From positions 375,658,001-375,722,000 of the forward strand of contig OZ024740.1 in NCBI GenBank assembly GCA_964016885.1: DNA of 64,000 nucleotides. The letters run 5' to 3'. The notes under the pieces were generated by a model. That model was not told the origin of the DNA, did not search any database, and saw only the letters and a list, made by a program, of their open reading frames with translations. The position numbers were made by a program, and so were the translations under genes. Positions 56,809 through 64,000 of this stretch are shown here, piece by piece. How positions within the stretch are numbered: position 1 is the first letter of the stretch; every line of letters begins with the position of its first letter. The DNA comes from Eledone cirrhosa (lineage: Eukaryota).

Positions 56809-57670
56809 AACTATTCATAATAATGGAACAATATCCGGGACAACTAGCATATATCTTCTCATAAGGGTTAACGTAATTGATATTGTTCAAGAATTGTTTC
56901 CATTTTTAAACAAATATTTATGCAGGAACTTCTGGTGACTCATCTCCTTAATATATAGATTGAGACTGTTTTTAATCTTCCATTGACAGCTCTGAAATAC
57001 GAACAGATATGTTTGGTACAAAATATATTTGAACAAATACATAATTTATTTAAAGACATTTTACTTTACCTTAACAATGAATGAAAGCAAAGACAAGTCT
57101 TCAATTCCGTTTTGTTATGCTATTGCAAATCTATCTATATTCCTCGCAAGTTAATTCATTCACACAATATAATTTTCTTCGTCGTACACTTCTATAATAT
57201 AAGAAATACAGCGTGTTACATAAACATATGCATCATGGTTATAATTGCCTCAGTACGAATGATTAACAATACTGACTGTCTCATTTAACAAAACAATTTC
57301 ACATCAAAGACGAATAATAATAAAATCAATTTTAAACATTGCGTACAAAGCAATTTGTTAAGAGTCGGTTCCAGTTAATACAGTCTATTCTACCGAATTA
57401 TAGTTGTCACATTTCCTATGAAAGTGGATCAGTAACGCCATATCGATTCAAGAAACATAGTATATTTATAAATATCCTAAATTCTTAGCAATATATTTCT
57501 AATAAAGCGTCCTTTTTCTTCTGTAACACTATAACTCCTCTCTTCTCTTTTCATAACAATAAATATAACTGTAGAATCAGACGAGGCAGGACAGACGTTG
57601 GCATAGAGATTAGTTTATAGGAATATAAATGATAGATTATATTACATTTAATCTGAAATTATATATCTGT

Positions 57671-57784
<114 letters not shown>

Positions 57785-57825
57785 TGATAGATGTATATAT
57801 AGATATATAGATAGATAGATAGATA

Positions 57826-60800
57826 AATTTCTTTATTTGCCACAAGGGCGCACAAGAAAAAGTGACAATACAAAAACACATTCCGGGGATTTTACATACA
57901 GTCGTGTAAAAAAATATAAAACAAACAAACAATTATAACAATTGAAATCCCCAATAGAGGGGAGACGCTACAAGTGGGTTGTTTAATACCCCGTTGATAG
58001 AACATCCCTCAACTTCAGGAGCGTGTTGTGCAAGTGCTCCCTTCTTCCTTTTGCTCTCCTCTTTAACATACGGGCTTATAACCTATAGGTGCAATCACTC
58101 GGACCATTTTCGCTTACTTCACCCAACTTTCAGTAAATTTACTGGGGTTCAGTGCCTCTCTCTCCGCTCTGATTCTCCTTCTAAAGTGATACTTAAAGAA
58201 GTGAATCAATTGCTGTCCGGAAAGAAGGGCATCTGTCCTCAGTCCTCTCAATCTCGTCCACCATATAACCTCTTTCACCATAGCCACTGTACAGAGAAAA
58301 AACCCGCCCCCCTTTCGTTATTGAAAGAGGCTGGGGTTTGATCCTTACTATGGACTCGGCAGTCCACTGCACTTGTCCCATACGCGACAGCAGTTTTTCT
58401 GCATAGTTCCACAGGTCGCTTACGCCCGGGCAGTGAACAATTGCGTGCACGACGGTTTCAATGTCCTGCTCGCATCTTGGACACGTCCTCTTGGAAGGAT
58501 CTCTGCCAGGGCGCCCGTGCCTGTAGATCTAATCTCGAACGGGTAGAGCTCCTCGGTAACAATGCTAGGCCAGGGACCTCTGGAAGTTGTCCATAGGTCT
58601 CGGGTGGAAAGTCCTACCGAACAGACTGGTGAGCTCGTCGTCTTCAACGCCTAGAGTCTGCCCGAGCACGTCGTCGCACTTGTAAAGTACTAACCCTCTA
58701 TAGAATGTCGAAGTGGAGTCTCCACTGATTGCTGTGCCTGCTTGACAGAGGACTGTGAGCGCCTGGGCACATTCAATGTGCCAGGCGGCCATCTTCTTCG
58801 GTCTTCGCTTAACCCAGGACTGCAGCTCCGTCAGCGAGACAAGTTGTGGGAAGGCCTGTCTCACAAACGGCACCCACACCGGTTGGTTGGTGAGGAATAC
58901 CTGAAGATGCCGTAGCCTCAGCGCATGTTTGCGCATCATTAGCCACGGCATGCCCAGCCCTTCGTTGGATGGGTGTTGACAGCAGACGGATCTCCTCACC
59001 AGTGGAGCCTGCTTCTTCCACATGAACTGAAAGAGCATGCGTTCCATCTTGGTGAGGAATTCACGAGGACAAGTCACGACAGTCAAGCTGTAGTAGATGA
59101 CGGACGCTATGAAAGTGTTCGCCACCTCCGCTCGACCTTTCAAAGACAGTTTGCACTCTGCCCACTTCTGGGTCAGCGCAAATACATTGGCCATGACCTC
59201 GTTCCAGTTTTTCCCCACCTGAAGGTTTGGACCGAACCAGACCCCGAGCAATTTCACCTGTCCTTCCGTCCAGTGTCCGACGACGCTGTCGGACGGCATC
59301 GGTTTGCCTCTCCACGTTCCGAGTTGCAAACCGACAAACTTGTCCGGGTTCAGTTCTGCTCCTGTGAACCTTTCGTATTCCAGTAGTAGGTTGCCGATTA
59401 CCTCGATTTCTGAGGTTTTCCATACCAATACCGTCATGTCGTCGGCATAAGCCGACGCCGCTTTTCGCAATTCCGGTTCTAAAGGGATGCCCTTCAAAAG
59501 CTCCGACTTCCGCAGTAGTCGCTCTACAGTCAATACGTACAGAATGGAGGAGAGAGGGCATCCCTGTCGAATGGAACGCAATTTTGCGAACGGCTCCGAT
59601 AGGTAGCAGTTCACCTTGACCTTCGAGCAGATGCTGGTGTGCATCGCCTTGATCCAGCCTCTGAAAACGGTACCGAAACTGGCCGCCTTGAGAACCGCTT
59701 CTAAATATCGATGGTCGACCGTATCGAATGCCTTAGACTGATCTAAATTAATCAGAGCCCCACCGAAGCCGGGTTTACACCCCACCCTCTCTATGATGTA
59801 TCGCATGAGGTGGAGTGAGATGGAGGTTTTCGTGTATGGACCTGGTCGGGATTGCACACGTATGCGCTTTCCCTACCAGGTTTTCGACGACAAGCGCCAC
59901 CCTCGTTGCTAGCACCTTGGCCAAAATCTTTATCTCTGTGTTGAGCAGAGTTATGGGCCTGAAATTATTCATTTCTTCCCCCTTGTTCTCGTCTTTCCTG
60001 ATCAGCGTACCTACGCCCTTGCCTGCAGAACTGAGAATTTTCCCGTTCTGCTGCCAATTGTAGTAGACTGCTTCGAGGACGCCAGAGAACAAGTCCGGCA
60101 TGCCTATGTATAGCTCATAGTGTAGACCATCTAGACCGGGTGATTTGCGTTTCCCGCAACGGTCCAGAGCGTTCTGTATGTCAGCGGATGTGATCAGTCT
60201 TCCGCAGAACTCGGCGTCCATGCTCGAGAGACACCGCAGGCCGTCAAGGTATGAACCAAAGTCCATTGCCCCGTTCGGTGAGCCGTCCTGCTGCTCAAAC
60301 AGTCGCGCATTGTGCCGCTGAAAGGCCGGCCACATCTGCCTGGGGGCAAGTAGCACGCGTCCGTTTTGATCTTTCAAAGACCGAATCGTGGACTTGTTGC
60401 CACTTTTCGTTTCCGCCACTCGGGCCCAGCTAACAGCTTTTGCTCCCTCGTTTCCTAGAGCACGTGATTTACTTCTGAGCAGGCAGCCTACGTGTTTCGC
60501 GTCGAAGAACTGGTCCAGTGCCGTTCTCGATGCCAGCACTCCAGCTGCGTTGCCATTCCTAAGCGCCTCTTCTACTTTGGCCACTAGTTCTGTTTCTGAC
60601 TTGTTTTTCTCTAAAGCTAATTCTCTGCTAGACCATATCGATTCTACTCTAATTGCTCTCTTGAGAGAGTACGACCATCTATTGTTGACGATGGCTCCCG
60701 TCAAATCTTGCTTAACTAAATCTACGTATCCGTTCACTGTAGGCTTTTCGTGCCGGCAACGACACGTTCAGCTTCCAGTATCCAGGTTCTTGTCTATGTA

Positions 60801-61440
60801 TTCTATCACGGTTGACTATGCAGACGACTAGTTTGTGATTTGAATAGGCAACCATGTGCATTTGTGGACAGCTTAACATATTCTTGTCCTTTTCTCTAAT
60901 GAAACACCTATCTAGATACGATATAGATGTCCCGCTGTGGTTTGCCCACGTCCACTGTGGTGCGGTCGGGAAATCTAGTCGATATCTATCGGCTAGTTGG
61001 AATTGGCCGATTAGATTTTTGAGGCTGTTGCACTCCGTTCTACTTTAACATGCTCCCACATAGTCCCATCGTACATTTAGGATACCATTGCAGTCCCCCA
61101 CTAAAAGCAGGGAGCGAGACGTTCCCAGAAAAGACTCCAGACGCTTAAATAAGTCTGGTCGCGATTGTGATTGTCCGGTCGGGGCATAAACGGCCACCAG
61201 CCTGAAAGCTGTTCACGTCTAGGACTACCAGTCTACCCTCCGGGTCCAAGTGTACTTGCTGTACTTCGAGATCCAGGTTCTTCCGAAATATGACAGCCAC
61301 TCACCTTCCACCTCCCGGCTGACAGAGAGATGCGTAGATCTCAAATTCATTGAAGATGGGCGTTAGTTGCTGCCTGTTGTGGATCCTGGACTCGGTGATG
61401 GCTATTACATCTATACCGTGTGACCTAAGGTCGTTTCAAA
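57826..61440 (-). mobile_element. L1/Tx1-type LINE, ORF2 region (APE endonuclease + RT + Zn finger), decayed
   Basis: EN: DVIAITES, DPEGRLVVLDV, FRLVAVYAP. RT: KSPGLDG, NFRPITLLN, LDQSKAFD, IRQGCPLS, AYADD, KLLGVWF. AATAAA near the 3' end, followed by (TCTA)n. Confidence 0.93.
58565..60737 (-). pseudogene. LINE reverse transcriptase, frameshifted near 59800-59850
   Basis: Overlapping ORFs 59775-60737 and 58565-59857 carry consecutive RT motifs. Confidence 0.92.
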
Positions 61441-62020
61441 GTTGGCCCTATATATATATAGATAGAAGTATGTATGCATGTATATATCGGCGACTAAACC
61501 GTTAAACCCACCAAGTTTACTTGGTGAGGAGGGTGATTTTGGACACCATCCAGGACAAAAAACAAAACCTGACAAAGGGCGGAAAAACTCATGAGAGTCA
61601 ACGGCCATCCAAAAGTGTGTAAATATGTATATACACATGTAAATATGTATGTATATGTGTATATACATGGGTGCATGTATATGTGTATGCGCGGGGACAT
61701 AGAAGTACACGTGCTGGACACCCAATTAGCAGTTAAACAACTGGAAGTGAAGGACCCCTAGCCTTTGTCAGGGCATACTCCTAGGAGAAGGCAACTCAGG
61801 AAACTGGGATAACTCCGATACAATACCTGCGGCTCCGTAGTAACCGATGATGTTGATCTATTCTTCTTTTTGGTTTATAGCTACTGTCACTCAGTGCACA
61901 GTTTTTCTTCACTTTAAAAAATATCTCCACGCACAGGCATTGCACGATAGAATTAATTAATAATTATTAATAATGGTATATCGTAAAATGACCATACTCG
62001 ATAACGAGGGGGCAGCCATC

Positions 62021-62056
<36 letters not shown>

Positions 62057-62156
62057 CGAGAGGGGGGGGGGGAGACAGATAGATAGATAGAGAGAGAAAG
62101 AAAGAGAGAGAGAGTGAGAGAGAGAAAGATATATATATATATAGGTATGTATGTAT

Positions 62157-63460
62157 GTTCTTCTGGTTTTATAATTTCACCAATATAGTTTTACCAATAG
62201 AGAGAGAGTCGGTTTCTAACATAGACACAATACTCTCTCATTGGAATTTACACAACATCAACTAGGTAGATATGTATGTATATCTGCATGCATGCATGTG
62301 TAGATATGGATGTTATTGTATGTGTGGATGCGTATGTTTTGAGTTGTATGTGTGCATGTGTATATGCTTTGTATCTGTACATGTGTAAATGCAGTTATTA
62401 GATGCACACATTTTGGAATGTTTTACATATTTTTTACTTTTCCATTAATGGATTGTACTTGTAGTTTCCTAACTAGTTGTGTTCTTTCTCTTCCTGTGAA
62501 GCCTAGCTTCTCAGGATTTGTATTGAGGCAGTTACTAACATATCCCAGTGCCCCAATAATCACAGGCGTAAATATGAAGGTGTAATCAGGGTGGAGTATT
62601 TTCAGATTTCTCATTAGTTCTGCATAAATATTCTCCTTTTCACTAATCTTTGATATTATATTGGCATCTGCTGGGCAGCTAATTTCCACTACTGTGCATG
62701 TTTTCTTCTCCCTGTCCCATATTTTAATATCTGGTCTGTTATGCCTGCATTTTATTGTGGTTTTTACTGGAACATTCCAGCAGTACTCTTTCATATTATG
62801 TACATAGATGTCTTCCACATTGTTGTACCTTTTAATGTGTTTATTATCGGGGCTATCTTTTTTACGAACTGCATTGTACAGTGGTTTGGCCACTACATCA
62901 TGCCTCATAGGTAGATAGTACCGCAATGACATCTTTGGACAGCTGCTGATGACATGGGTGATTTCCTCGATGTTAGTTCTGCAGAGTCTGCACTTGTTAT
63001 CACATCTAGGTGTTTTGCCTGCATCCCTATCTCTTTTGTGAATCAGGTATTTCGTGCTAATCACCTGTTCTTGGATTGCAAAAGCGTATCCTTCAAAGTG
63101 GGCGCTAATATAGTGGTTGTTGGTCCAAGATAGACTATTTTCCTTATCTATATTACTCTCACTCTGGAGCTTACTGGCAACACATCCATGCATGATTTTT
63201 TGCTGATAAGCATGCAGTTTTTCATCCATGGATTCACTGCGAAACTGCTGAGCGACATCCCTGGGTGTGAGTTTTTGATTATCACACAGGGAATATCTCC
63301 CAACTCTCATGATCTTATCTGTTTCATGCAGATAGACTTGCTCGAGAAGCGGGCTCCTACGCTTCGAGGTTCGTAGATGTTGTCGGAGAGATATGATGCG
63401 TCATTCAAATGTTGTCTGGACTGATGTTAGGCCTCTGCCTCCCTGCTTACGTTTTATGTA
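62157..63460 (-). mobile_element. R4/Dong-type non-LTR element, 5'-truncated (CCHC + restriction-like endonuclease)
   Basis: YIKRKQGGRGL, AIQEQ, CRLC..EEITHVISSC, RHD, NRPDI..VVEISCP..EK..Y. ORF 62423-63310. Confidence 0.9.
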
Positions 63461-63469
63461 TCTATGTAC

Positions 63470-64000
63470 GTTCTTCTGGTTTTATAATTTCACAAATTTT
63501 TACCAATAGAGAGAGTCAGTTTCTAGCATAGACACTATACTCTCTTATTGGAATTTACACAACATCAACTAGGTAGATATGTATGTATGCCTGCATGTGT
63601 AGTTAAGGATGTTATTGCATGTGTGGATGTGGATGTTTTGAGTTATATGTATGAATATGTATATGCTTTGTATCTGTACATGTGTATATATGCAGTTATT
63701 AGATGCAAGATTTTTGGAATGTTTTACATATCTTTACTGTTCCATTAATGGATTGTACTTGTAATTTCCTAAGTAGTTGTGTTATTTCCGTTTCTGTGAA
63801 GTTAGCTTCTCAAGATTTGTATTGAGGCAGTTACTAACATACTCCAGTGACCCAATAATCACAGGCATACATCTGAAGGTGTAATCAGGGTGGAGTATCT
63901 GCAGATTTCTCATCAGGTCTGCATAAATATTCTCCTTTTCTCTAATCTTTGATATTATATTGGCATCTGCTGGGTAGCTAACTGTGTATGCTTTCTTTTC
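63470..64000 (-). mobile_element. Second R4/Dong-type 3' end, in tandem, running off the window
   Basis: Homologous to 62157-62710. Confidence 0.9.

Noticed and set aside
61740-61860. RTE-like 5' UTR or HDV-like ribozyme
   Set aside because: I could not build the nested double pseudoknot by eye.

Overview
AT-rich, microsatellite-dense animal DNA. The SINE family and repeat landscape suggest an octopus or other cephalopod (inference only). I found no convincing host gene; most ORFs in the track are microsatellite artefacts. The first ~48 kb is a pile-up of Penelope-like retroelement (PLE) fragments, mostly sitting in (TA)n tracts and often with an inverted pseudo-LTR (pLTR). Their non-coding arms carry about 20 type I minimal hammerhead ribozyme (HHR) motifs, intact or decayed, from several families. 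Three non-coding repeats look like retrozyme-type HHR monomers: a ~480 bp unit present as a circularly permuted copy (11.1-12.1 kb), a ~300 bp tandem unit (18.4-18.9 kb), and a 525 bp x3 array carrying a canonical kink-turn next to an HHR-like core (23.2-24.8 kb). Also present: a full-length decayed hAT transposon with TIRs and 8-bp TSD, an L1/Tx1-type LINE, tandem R4/Dong-type LINE 3' ends, tRNA-derived SINEs, a Helitron-like end and a 200-N gap. All RNA structures were folded by eye and are untested.
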